NCBI GenBank assembly: GCA_017962315.1
Contig: JAGCVN010000023.1
Location: forward strand, 11,738-75,737
Reading direction: 5' to 3'
Source: Kiritimatiellia bacterium
GTDB taxonomy: Bacteria > Verrucomicrobiota > Kiritimatiellia > RFP12 > UBA1067
Length of the DNA stretch: 64,000 nt
Every line of letters begins with the position of its first letter. Positions within the stretch are counted from its first letter, which is position 1. The notes beneath the pieces are model-generated. The model had not been told where the DNA came from. It did no database searches and was given only the letters and a program-made list of their open reading frames with translations. Position numbers and translations under genes: made by a program. Positions 1 to 8,131 of this stretch are shown here, piece after piece.

Positions 1-912
1 TACGTGCAGAGCGGGGCGTTGGGACAGATCCATGACGTGTGGGTGTTTAACGACCGCCTAAACGCGATGTTGTACCGTCCGCCCAAGGCACCCCCGCCGA
101 AAGGGATGGACTGGGACGCCTGGTGCGGCCCCGCCCCCGTTTGCGACTACTACGCGCCCTCTGCCGACCACGGCGGCCTCCACCCGCACGACTGGCATGC
201 ATGGATTGGCTACGGGAACGGTTCGCTCGGAAACATGGGTACGCATCTCCTCGACCCCGCGTTCTGGGCGTTGCGCCTCGGAGAAGTCCACCCGGAAAGC
301 GTGGAGGCGACCGAAGTCGAATGGGGAGCGGAGGGATCCTGGGCGTGGCGCGACACGATCCACTGGCGTTTCCCCGCCCGCAAGGACATGGACGCCGTGA
401 CGCTGCACTGGTTCGACGGCGTGAAGGACGGAATCCCTTACGACAAGAAACATGTCACCAGAATAGGCGAATGTCGTAAGCGCGAATACCAGAATCTACC
501 GCCTATCCTGGAAGAACTTGAACGGAAACACGGACAGAACCTCGGACGGCTTGGTTCGATATTCGTGGGCGAAAAAGGCATCTTGACGATGATCGGCGCG
601 GAAGGCGACGGACTGACGTTCGTTCCGTTCGACCTGCGCAAGTCGCTCCCCTCCCCCCCGAAAACCATCCCCCGTGAAAAACGTCTCTCCCACCAAAGCG
701 ACTGGCTCCGTGCAATCCGCAATCCTGACCGTCCGGCGGGATGTAACGTTGACTACTCGACTCCACTCGCGAAAACGGTGTTACTCGGCAATGTCGCATC
801 CCGCGCCGGGCGGAAGAAACTCCTCTGGGACGGTTCGCACGTCACGAATGACGAAGCCGCCAACGCCTATCTGCGGACAACTTACCGGGAAGGTTGGGAA
901 CTCCCGAAATGA
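1..912 (+). CDS. Gfo/Idh/MocA-family oxidoreductase, C-terminal part (5' end lies outside the window)
   Basis: The frame is open from the window edge to TGA 910-912. The translation has segments I associate with the C-terminal domain of PVC-type Gfo/Idh/MocA oxidoreductases: DWHAWIGYGNGSLGNMGTHLLDPAFWAL, SDWLRAIRN, LLGNVASRAGRKKLLWD, YREGWEL. Codon usage is coding-like with GC-rich third positions. Confidence 0.8.
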   Translation, partial: YVQSGALGQIHDVWVFNDRLNAMLYRPPKAPPPKGMDWDAWCGPAPVCDYYAPSADHGGLHPHDWHAWIGYGNGSLGNMGTHLLDPAFWALRLGEVHPESVEATEVEWGAEGSWAWRDTIHWRFPARKDMDAVTLHWFDGVKDGIPYDKKHVTRIGECRKREYQNLPPILEELERKHGQNLGRLGSIFVGEKGILTMIGAEGDGLTFVPFDLRKSLPSPPKTIPREKRLSHQSDWLRAIRNPDRPAGCNVDYSTPLAKTVLLGNVASRAGRKKLLWDGSHVTNDEAANAYLRTTYREGWELPK

Positions 913-3900
913 AGAGGATCGCGGCTGCTGTTTTCTGCTTCACCGTCGCGACGTTCAAGCCGGATTGCGCGGCTGCCTCCGCCCAGAACAACGAGCGTAT
1001 CGCGCAGATCGAAGCGCGCCTGCCAGAAAAACCCTGTACGCCGGCGCCGCGTCCGTGCGACCGTGCGGCATGGGCACCGCTCGCGAAAGACCCCGCCGCC
1101 GCCGCGATCATCGCGTCGGCGGAGAAGCTGGTCGGCGCGAAGATCGACGAACTCACCGACGATCTCTACCGTGACTTCTCTCGCACCGGCAACAGGACTC
1201 GCTACGAAAAGCCGTACTTCCGCAAGGCGTACCGCTTCAACCTCTTCATGGTGGCGGAGGCGCTTGAATGGAAAGGACGCTTCGTGCCGGAGATTCGCCG
1301 CTACCTCGAGTCTGTCCTCGGCGAGAAGGTGTGGACGATTCCCGCCACCGACACCAAGGACATCGCGTTCGTCAAGGGCCAGCCGGTGATCTGTCTCTTC
1401 AGCGCGAACAGGGCGTGGATCGTCGCGTATGCGGCAAACTGGTTCGCGGACGTCCTGCCGCCGGAACTGGTGGCGCGGGCGAAGACGGAATGTCGGCGGC
1501 GCGTCCTTGACCTGTATCTCGCGGCGTGCCGCAACCCGTCTCTCGCCAAGGGCGGAGGCGGTGATCCGCTCTGGTGGTTCTTCGCACGGACGAACTGGTC
1601 GCCCGTCTGTCACGCCGGATGCGTCGGTGCCGCCCTCGCAATCCTTGACAGCCGCCGCGAACGGGCGGAGTGTCTTGAGGCCGTCGAACGGGCGATGCCG
1701 CACTACTTCCGCGGATTCGGACGCGACGGCTACTGCTCGGAGGGCATGGGGTACTGGAACTACGGTTTCGGACACTACGTCGCGCTGCGTGCCATGGCGG
1801 AACAGGCCACTGGCGGACTCATGACGCTTGATTCTCCGATGGCGGCGTCCGTCGCCGCGTACGCCGTGAACTTCCAGTTGGAGAACGGTCTTTCGCCGCA
1901 TTTCGCGGACGGCGGCGGCGCGCCGGACCTTTCGCTGCTTGACCTCTGCCACAGGTTCTGGCCGAAGGTGGTGCCCAGTTCAGGCGTGGGGCCCTTGGTG
2001 CTCAACAGGGGAGGTGCCGCGAGTTTCAGTCCGTGCCCGCCCTGTGCGTTCATCGCGTTGCGCGCGTTCGGGATAGCAAGCGTACAACAGCAAGATGGGA
2101 AGGCGAAATCTTGTTGTAGTACGCTTGCTGTCTCACCAGCCCAGTTGCCCGTGCGGAGCGTGTTCCCGCAGTCGCAGGTGTACCTGATGCGTCCCGGCGG
2201 CGGGAAGGAGGGCATCGCCCTGGGCGTCAAGGGCGGACACAACGGCGAACTCCACAACCACAACGACGTGGGCTCGTACGCGATCTCGCTCGGCGGAGAG
2301 GTACTGTGCGGCGACGTGGGCGGCGAACTCTACTCGCGGCGCACGTTCTCGTCACGGCGGTACGAATCCGAGGTGCTGAACAGCTTCGGACATCCCGTGC
2401 CGCGTCCGGGCGTGTTGCAGGGGTTGGGACACCGGTGCGCCGCGCGGATCATCCGCACGGAGTTCAAGCCGAACCGCGATACGGTCGTGTTCGACCTGAC
2501 GGGCGCGTATCCATCGAAAACGCTCAAACGGCTCCACCGCAAGTTCATCTACGACCGCGCGGCCCAGACCGTGACGATCCGCGACGAAGTTGACTTCACC
2601 GAGCCGACTGAGTTCGACGATCCGCTGACGACATTGGTCGGCGTGGATGGCAGGGCTGGTGCAGCCAATGTGACAGCAAGCGTACGACAACAAGATACGC
2701 GGCTTGAATTCGTCGGCAAGAAGGGACGGCTTGCCGTTGACGTGGAGACTTCCGGCGGCGAGTGGGAATGGGATGTGCGCACGTTGGATAACGGACGCGG
2801 CGACAAGCCGATGCCGAACACCGCTCCTGAGGGAAAATGGGCGATCTGGGTGGCGGGCAAAACGCAGAACACGCCGCCGGACGGACGTCCACGCCGCATC
2901 GCCGTGAAGTTCAAGAAGCCGGTGATGTCCGCAATGGTGGAGTTTCACTTCAGGGTCGTGGATACGAGCATCCCTGAGCCGGAAAACGTGCCGGAGTTGT
3001 TGCGGACGTTTGCGGGCGAAGAGGTGAAGACGAAGGAGGCGTGGGAAAAGGTTCGCGCGCCGGAACTGCTGGAGCGATTCCAGAAGGACGTCTACGGACG
3101 CCGCCCCGCCGTGGCGGACGAGCGGAAGCGCATTTCGTTCACGGTTTACGACGAGCGTCCCGTGATGGACGGCAAGGCCGTGCGGAAGCTTGTCCGCGCG
3201 GAGTTCGACGGGCCACTCGGGAAGTTCTCGTTCCCGTTCAATGTCTATCTCCCCAAAGCGCAAAAGCCGGTTCCCGCGTTCGTGAGCATTTGCCTGAAGA
3301 GTCGTTCAAAGGTGGGGGACGGCCACGTGATCACGAGCGAGTGCTGGCCGGTGGAGCAGATTGTCGGGCGCGGCTTCGCAACAATCGGATTCCTCACCGA
3401 GGACATCGCGACGGAGAAGAACACGGGCTTTGCGCAAGGCGTGTTCAAGTGTGTGGAGAAGCCCGAGGCGCGCACGGACGAGTCGTGGGGCACGATCTCC
3501 GCGTGGGCGTGGGCGGCGAGCCGCGTGATGGACTGGATCGAGACGGAACCGGCCATCGACGCAAAGCGCGTCGGCATCGTCGGACATTCACGCGGCGGCA
3601 AGACCGCGATCTGGACGGGCGTGACCGACAGGCGTTTCGCGCTCGTCTGCTCCAACAATTCCGGTGCGCACGGCGCAAAGCTCAACCACATCCGCCTCCC
3701 GAAGAGCGAGAATATCGCGTCCATCCCGAAGCACTTCCCGAACTGGTACTGCGGCAACTATCCGAAGAAGTACGGCGGCAAGGAGATGACGATGGACTTC
3801 GACCAGCACGAACTGCTGGCGCTCATCGCGCCGCGGCTGCTCTGCGTCGCCTCCGCCTCCGAAGACGCCTGGGCGGGACAGCCCGGCGAGTGGTGGAGCG

Positions 3901-4091
3901 CGAAATTCGCGTCGCCCGTCTGGGAGCTCTACGGTCGGAAAGGTCTCGTAGCCGAGGCGTTCCCCGCGCCAGGCGAAACGCAACAGGAGGGAAGCGTCTC
4001 GTACCATCTGCGCCCCGGCAAACATTTCCTGGCCCCGTATGACTGGGATCGCTACATGGACTTCGCCGTCCGGTACGGGTGGATACCCTGA
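909..4091 (+). CDS. Fusion protein: heparinase II/III-like (polysaccharide lyase-like) N-terminal and central region plus a CE15-type glucuronoyl esterase C-terminal domain
   Basis: A single uninterrupted ORF. ATG 909 overlaps the upstream stop (ATGA) and is followed by a signal-like MKRIAAAVFCFTVATF; the track start at 894 is TTG. The heparinase II/III C-domain signature GGHNGELHNHNDVGSY is present. The last ~390 aa carry CE15 hallmarks: WEKVRAPELLERFQKDVYGRRP, GIVGHSRGGKTAIW, DQHELLALIAPR, HLRPGKHFLAPYDWDRYMDF. Confidence 0.8.
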   Translation: MKRIAAAVFCFTVATFKPDCAAASAQNNERIAQIEARLPEKPCTPAPRPCDRAAWAPLAKDPAAAAIIASAEKLVGAKIDELTDDLYRDFSRTGNRTRYEKPYFRKAYRFNLFMVAEALEWKGRFVPEIRRYLESVLGEKVWTIPATDTKDIAFVKGQPVICLFSANRAWIVAYAANWFADVLPPELVARAKTECRRRVLDLYLAACRNPSLAKGGGGDPLWWFFARTNWSPVCHAGCVGAALAILDSRRERAECLEAVERAMPHYFRGFGRDGYCSEGMGYWNYGFGHYVALRAMAEQATGGLMTLDSPMAASVAAYAVNFQLENGLSPHFADGGGAPDLSLLDLCHRFWPKVVPSSGVGPLVLNRGGAASFSPCPPCAFIALRAFGIASVQQQDGKAKSCCSTLAVSPAQLPVRSVFPQSQVYLMRPGGGKEGIALGVKGGHNGELHNHNDVGSYAISLGGEVLCGDVGGELYSRRTFSSRRYESEVLNSFGHPVPRPGVLQGLGHRCAARIIRTEFKPNRDTVVFDLTGAYPSKTLKRLHRKFIYDRAAQTVTIRDEVDFTEPTEFDDPLTTLVGVDGRAGAANVTASVRQQDTRLEFVGKKGRLAVDVETSGGEWEWDVRTLDNGRGDKPMPNTAPEGKWAIWVAGKTQNTPPDGRPRRIAVKFKKPVMSAMVEFHFRVVDTSIPEPENVPELLRTFAGEEVKTKEAWEKVRAPELLERFQKDVYGRRPAVADERKRISFTVYDERPVMDGKAVRKLVRAEFDGPLGKFSFPFNVYLPKAQKPVPAFVSICLKSRSKVGDGHVITSECWPVEQIVGRGFATIGFLTEDIATEKNTGFAQGVFKCVEKPEARTDESWGTISAWAWAASRVMDWIETEPAIDAKRVGIVGHSRGGKTAIWTGVTDRRFALVCSNNSGAHGAKLNHIRLPKSENIASIPKHFPNWYCGNYPKKYGGKEMTMDFDQHELLALIAPRLLCVASASEDAWAGQPGEWWSAKFASPVWELYGRKGLVAEAFPAPGETQQEGSVSYHLRPGKHFLAPYDWDRYMDFAVRYGWIP
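2072..2132. repeat. Near-perfect 22-bp-stem inverted repeat (copies A and B of a 22-25 nt motif) inside the heparinase/CE15 CDS
   Basis: Copy A is 2075-2096 AGCAAGCGTACAACAGCAAGAT. The loop is 2097-2107 GGGAAGGCGAA. Copy B is 2108-2129 ATCTTGTTGTAGTACGCTTGCT. The arms are complementary at 20 of 22 positions, and one of the two mismatches would be a G-U pair in RNA. Confidence 0.85.
2672..2696 (+). repeat. Third copy (C) of the same motif, GACAGCAAGCGTACGACAACAAGAT
   Basis: It matches the reverse complement of 2108-2132 at 24 of 25 positions. It lies exactly 600 nt downstream of copy A (2075 to 2675), so A and C are in the same codon phase (peptides ASVQQQD and ASVRQQD). Confidence 0.85.
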
Positions 4092-4172
4092 AGATGACGC
4101 GGGCGAGACGGAGAAAGACAGGTTCTGTACCATGGACTTTCCGTCCCCCTTGCCCCCTCCTCGACGGGTGGT

Positions 4173-4678
4173 TTGCATGACGGCGTGTACAGAACGCATG
4201 ATGAGCGGATTCATACCGGGTACGGAAGCCCGCCCAAGTCTACAGAACGCCGCAATGCCACGCTTGACGAGGCCGTTGAGTACGATGTACGGCTCCGGGA
4301 CTTCGTAGGATGGCTAACGTGCGCGGACGACGCAGGTTTTCCCGACACCGGGAACGCTGCGATTTCCCATACCGCCGTCTCGCTCACCGCCGGTATCGGG
4401 CAGACGGATTTCCGGATCGTCACCGAGGGTCTGGATGCAGACCGTATTTCGAGAACGGGCACATCTTCACGGCCTTTGCGGAGATGCCTGAGGGGTATCC
4501 GTACCGTTACGTTATGTTTACGACGAATCGACAGAACCTGCCCGGTATGCCGAAACCAAACTGGATATACAGCGGGATGTACTTTCTACGGCGCAAATTT
4601 GATTTGCCGCGACGGAGGGAATATGGTAGAATGACCGCGTTTTTGGTTACGATGTCGCCCTGCCTCGTGCGCGAATAA
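4173..4678 (+). pseudogene. Possible frameshifted gene remnant in a 720-bp convergent gap
   Basis: Two overlapping ORFs each look protein-like for only half their length. ORF 4173-4634 is plausible up to ...GIGQTDFRIVTEGLDADR and Arg-rich nonsense afterwards. ORF 4310-4678 is nonsense first, then plausible (YFENGHIFTAFAEMPEGYPYRYVMFTTNRQNLPGMPKPNWIYSGMYFLRRKFDL). The switch is near 4440-4446, consistent with a 1-nt frameshift. Confidence 0.3.
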
Positions 4679-4811
4679 GCAGATTTGCTCTGGCCTTCGC
4701 TTTGTCTAGGGAGTACGAATGTCGTGCAGAAAGGCTTGCAGAACCCCTGCGAACCGGATGGCGCGGCCTAGTGTTCCCACCTCGTTTTTTGAGGTTACAG
4801 AGTGCCTGACC

Positions 4812-6383
4812 CTACGTCGAGGCGGGGTTTTTTGGCACCTCTTTCGGGAGAGGCGTCTCGGTTGGCTGTTTCTCTCCGAGCGCGTCTTTCGGCTTCTCGT
4901 TCTCGTCCCGCTCCTCTTTCTTCGACTCTTTAATCGGCGGCGCGAGCATCACCTGTTCCCCGGCCTTCAGTCCGGAGAGGATGCGCACCATGCGGTTGTT
5001 GTCAAGCCCGACTTCCACTTCACGCGACTGGAACGAGTTTCCCTCTTTCACGTAGGCACGCGCCTTACCGTCCACGCGCACGACACACTGCACGGGGACG
5101 TAAAGGGTGTCGTCGTAGACCTCCTTGATCAATTCGACATCGCAACTCATGCCGGGACGGATCACCGCGTCCTGGAGGTCGCACTCCACCTGGCACTTGT
5201 AAAGCTTCAGGTCGGGATTCAACTGCGAACTCTGCCCGTCCGGCAGAATGGCGATCTTGGAGAGCTTTCCCGTAAACAGACGGCCGGGAAAGGCATCGAT
5301 CTTCACTTTCGCCTCCATGCCGACGAAGATCTTGTTCAGACTTGATTCGGGAATCATCACTTCGACGACCATCCCCGATTCCAGCGGAATGTAGATCAGG
5401 TCTTCACGTTGGACGGCGGTCGAACCGACGGCGAGCGGCTTGACCCACCAGCGCCGATGGGCGATCTGCTCCGTCGAGGCATAGAGGACGATGCCGTTTG
5501 TCGGTGCGTAAATCTTGCTTTTCTCGATCTGGAAGTTCAACTCCGCGAGGCGGTTGGTCGCACGGTCGCGGGCGCGGCGTTTCGCCCGCAGTTCCGTTTC
5601 GACCTGCCGCAGCGTGGCCTTGTTCTGCCAGGCGGTGCGGGTGAGCGCGCGGTCGGCGCGCCGAAGACTCGTGTTGAGCCTCGCCTCTTCCTGGAGGACC
5701 GTATAGTTCGTCAGGACGTTCAGCTTCGACTCCGCCATCGCCAGGACGATCTGTTTCCGTTTCAAGGCGAGTTCGTCCGCCTGCAACTCGGTCCGCGTGA
5801 GGAACCCTTCCTTGGCCAGCTTGCGCGACCACTCCAGCGTCTCGGCGGAACGGTTCACATCTTCCGCCGCAACGGCGATGTCCGATTCAAACTGGCGGAC
5901 TTCCTGCGGGTAATCGCCTTTGATGTATTTCTCCTGCGCCATCTTCGCCAGCATCATATCGGTCTCGCGGTCGAGCATCGCCGCTTCACAGTCGCCCTCG
6001 GTAATGCTCAGGCGCTCCTCCTGGAAAATCAACGCCGCTTCGGCGGTGGCGACGGCGACCTCCTGCTCGTCGCGCTTCTGGACAAGGGTGCTGGAGTCGA
6101 ACTCCACCAGCAGGTCGCCCGCCTGGACGTTCGTCCCCTCGTCGATAACCCAGACGACGGTGTTGTTTCCTTCCAGTTCACTCTTGATCACGACACGGTC
6201 ACGGCTCTGCATCGAACCGCTCGACGTGACAGAAATGGTCAACGGCCCTTTCTGCACGGTAAATACCGGGATCGACTCCTCCGTCTTCCCCTTTCCACCC
6301 CACAGCCACCAACCCAGACAGGCCGCAAGGATCCCGGCAAAGACGGCGAACGCAAATTTCCTTTTCCGCTTACTTGGTTTCAT
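4812..6383 (-). CDS. HlyD/MacA-family periplasmic adaptor (membrane fusion protein)
   Basis: Likely start is ATG 6383 (MKPSKRKRKFAFAVFAGILAACLGWWLW, an N-terminal membrane anchor). It has a long coiled-coil-like central region, a beta-barrel-like C-terminus (GMSCDVELI, VPVQCVVRVDGKARAYV, GLKAGEQV) and a K/E-rich tail. The track start at 6455 would overlap the upstream gene. Confidence 0.75.
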   Translation of the reverse strand: MKPSKRKRKFAFAVFAGILAACLGWWLWGGKGKTEESIPVFTVQKGPLTISVTSSGSMQSRDRVVIKSELEGNNTVVWVIDEGTNVQAGDLLVEFDSSTLVQKRDEQEVAVATAEAALIFQEERLSITEGDCEAAMLDRETDMMLAKMAQEKYIKGDYPQEVRQFESDIAVAAEDVNRSAETLEWSRKLAKEGFLTRTELQADELALKRKQIVLAMAESKLNVLTNYTVLQEEARLNTSLRRADRALTRTAWQNKATLRQVETELRAKRRARDRATNRLAELNFQIEKSKIYAPTNGIVLYASTEQIAHRRWWVKPLAVGSTAVQREDLIYIPLESGMVVEVMIPESSLNKIFVGMEAKVKIDAFPGRLFTGKLSKIAILPDGQSSQLNPDLKLYKCQVECDLQDAVIRPGMSCDVELIKEVYDDTLYVPVQCVVRVDGKARAYVKEGNSFQSREVEVGLDNNRMVRILSGLKAGEQVMLAPPIKESKKEERDENEKPKDALGEKQPTETPLPKEVPKNPAST

Positions 6384-6406
6384 GCAAATCCTCTTGATTT
6401 CCCCCG

Positions 6407-7141
6407 TCACTGTACACGCCGCACATTCCACCGGATCGTCAGATCGCCACGGCAACGGCGTGACGCATGCCCCCGCCAGAGCGACCTTTCCAACCCGGCG
6501 GTGTCCGCCGTCCGGGGAGGAAGGAGCAGAACGGTTTCGACTTCGCCGTTCGTGTCCGCCTCGACATGGAAACGGGCTGCGCCGGAAACGGCGGTGAAAC
6601 TATCCATCTGCGGGACGGGATACGTGAATCCAGCCGCACTCAGGTCGGTGTCCATTTCCGTGCGGACCCCCGAACGAACGGGCGGCAGAGGAACGTCCCC
6701 CCCGAATGTCCCGGCGGTATGCGGAGCCGCGATGGGGATGTCCGGGCGAAGTCGTCCGACGGGCGCGGGCTTCCAGGCGCCGGGATACGTATCGCCCCCC
6801 GAAAAATGGCGGTGCGGCGGGAGCGGCCCGTCAAGCTCAAGCCGGGCGATATCGAACGCGGCGGCATCCTCCTTCACCCGGTCCGTACCCCAGAACATCC
6901 GTGCGCCGCGAAGCAGCTTCGCCGCCAGTTCGGACGGAAGCTCGACAAACGCGGCGACCGACTGCGGAGGCGGCGTGGCGGGACGGCGCGGGACGGGGCG
7001 CGCCGCGCGGGGAACCTCCCACCAGAGGAAAGCAAGAAAAACGAGGATCACGGGAACCTGCAGCCAAACGGCCGGAGGCCTGCGCGTCCGGCGCAACCAA
7101 GTCATCCGGTTGCGAAGAGCTTTGCGTTCCTTCCGTGTCAT
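6407..7141 (-). CDS. TonB-like or hypothetical membrane-anchored, proline-rich protein
   Basis: ATG 7141 overlaps the ExbD stop (ATGA). It has a basic N-terminus, a TM helix (VWLQVPVILVFLAFLWW) and a Pro-rich linker (PRAARPVPRRPATPPPQ). The C-terminal region (ARFHVEADTNGEVETVLLL) is reminiscent of a TonB C-domain. The assignment is weak. Confidence 0.4.
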   Translation of the reverse strand: MTRKERKALRNRMTWLRRTRRPPAVWLQVPVILVFLAFLWWEVPRAARPVPRRPATPPPQSVAAFVELPSELAAKLLRGARMFWGTDRVKEDAAAFDIARLELDGPLPPHRHFSGGDTYPGAWKPAPVGRLRPDIPIAAPHTAGTFGGDVPLPPVRSGVRTEMDTDLSAAGFTYPVPQMDSFTAVSGAARFHVEADTNGEVETVLLLPPRTADTAGLERSLWRGHASRRCRGDLTIRWNVRRVQ

Positions 7142-7617
7142 GGTTCGGGTTTCGTACCGACGTCGATTTTCGGGATTCCCGCCGCGCGGGCGAGGGCGAC
7201 AAAACGCATGACGTCGCCATGCGGAATGCGTTTGTCGGCCATCAACAGCAGTTCGCACCCCGCCGTCCCCGCCGAACGGAGGCGCTCGGAAAGCGCATCC
7301 ACCTGTTCGGGGTCAAGGAGGGAAAAACGGTCATCATCGAAAAACACCAGCGTTTCCTCACCGCCGGGCGCGTCGTTCGCAACGGGGATCATCAACGCGG
7401 TCCGGGGCGACTGCACCCCTTCAACCGTTTTTGCGGGGGGAAGGTCGAACGGAACCCCTGGCGCGACTGCCAGCCGGCGGTGCGTAAGGAGCAGAAGGAG
7501 GAATACGAACAAGCAACCGATCCACGGCACGGGAGCAAGCAGGACACGCGCCCAGGAACCGCCGAAATGATACATGTTCCGGTGCTTTCTGACCACTTCG
7601 TCGAGACTTTCCCGCAT
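7138..7617 (-). CDS. exbD: ExbD/TolR-family biopolymer transport protein
   Basis: One TM helix (VPWIGCLFVFLLLLL), then the family pattern VPFDLPPAKT...LMIPV...LLLMADKRIPHGDVMRFVALARAAGIPKIDVGT. A GGGGG run sits 4-5 nt upstream of ATG 7617. Confidence 0.65.
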   Translation of the reverse strand: MRESLDEVVRKHRNMYHFGGSWARVLLAPVPWIGCLFVFLLLLLTHRRLAVAPGVPFDLPPAKTVEGVQSPRTALMIPVANDAPGGEETLVFFDDDRFSLLDPEQVDALSERLRSAGTAGCELLLMADKRIPHGDVMRFVALARAAGIPKIDVGTKPEP

Positions 7618-7631
7618 TTCGCCCCCGTAAC

Positions 7632-7656
7632 AAAAAACCGCAGTCGGTGACTGCGG
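7632..7656 (-). terminator. Intrinsic terminator following tRNA-Tyr
   Basis: The minus-strand RNA reads CCGCAGU-CACCG-ACUGCGG followed by UUUUUUG: a 7-bp GC-rich stem, 5-nt loop and U6 tract, 5 nt after the tRNA CCA end. Confidence 0.75.
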
Positions 7657-7661
7657 TAAGA

Positions 7662-7746
7662 TGGTGGTGGGGCTAGGATTCGAACCTAGGTAGGCATGGC
7701 CAGCAGATTTACAGTCTGTCCCGTTTGACCGCTCCGGAACCCCACC
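7662..7746 (-). tRNA. tRNA-Tyr (anticodon GTA), long variable arm, CCA encoded
   Basis: The reverse complement is GGTGGGGTTCCGGAGCGGTCAAACGGGACAGACTGTAAATCTGCTGGCCATGCCTACCTAGGTTCGAATCCTAGCCCCACCACCA. It has a 7-bp acceptor stem, anticodon loop CTGTAAA and T-loop GGTTCGAATCC. It is very close to E. coli tRNA-Tyr as I remember it. Confidence 0.95.
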
Positions 7747-7769
7747 AAATCGTTCAAAAAACGGGTGTC

Positions 7770-7798
7770 AGTATGACAGATTCGACCGCCCTTGTCAA
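7770..7798 (-). promoter_or_regulatory. Sigma70-type promoter for tRNA-Tyr
   Basis: Minus strand: TTGACA (7798-7793), 17-nt spacer, CATACT (7775-7770), then GACACCCGTTTT. The tRNA 5' end lies 23 nt after the -10 element. Confidence 0.6.
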
Positions 7799-7919
7799 TC
7801 TCCTTTTTTCAGATTTTTCCCCGCCATGCCCCAAGGCAAACGGATACCATGCGATTTTTGATTCAAACGCAGAGCGGATCGACCGCACCGCCCGCCTGTA
7901 TTCCCCACTTCCTCCTATC

Positions 7920-7948
7920 CTCTGCGCCTCCGTACCTCTACGTTATAA
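7920..7948 (+). repeat. Degenerate member of the (CTCTGCG-N)x3 dispersed repeat family
   Basis: CTCTGCGCCTCCGTACCTCTACGTTATAA matches the 62080-62107 copy at about 19 of 28 positions by hand alignment. Confidence 0.35.
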
Positions 7949-8131
7949 AGTTCGATTTTAGGTTGATTCCCTACAGAAATTATGAAATCTAACGATTCTC
8001 AAAGTTTTTGTTTTCCTCTTGCGCGGGAAGCAGAAATCCTCTACACTGCATTCAGCTTTTGGAGGTGGTGTAAAGAAAAGTGCTTTGCATCTCATCCTTG
8101 TCTTGTCGGTATGATCATAAAGGAAAAGCAA

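Noticed and set aside
7982-8131. Upstream extension of the giant ORF (MKSNDSQSFCFPLAREAEILYTAFSFWRWCKEKCF...).
   Set aside because: The region is AT-rich and promoter-like, and its peptide is not signal-like. The downstream ATG 8132 has a purine-rich RBS and is followed by a proper signal peptide.
7600-8131. A genomic island or integrated mobile element at tRNA-Tyr, and likewise at tRNA-His/Asn (24434-25031).
   Set aside because: There is no integrase, transposase or direct repeat of a tRNA 3' end nearby. The AT-rich stretches are better explained as promoter and intergenic DNA with short repeats.
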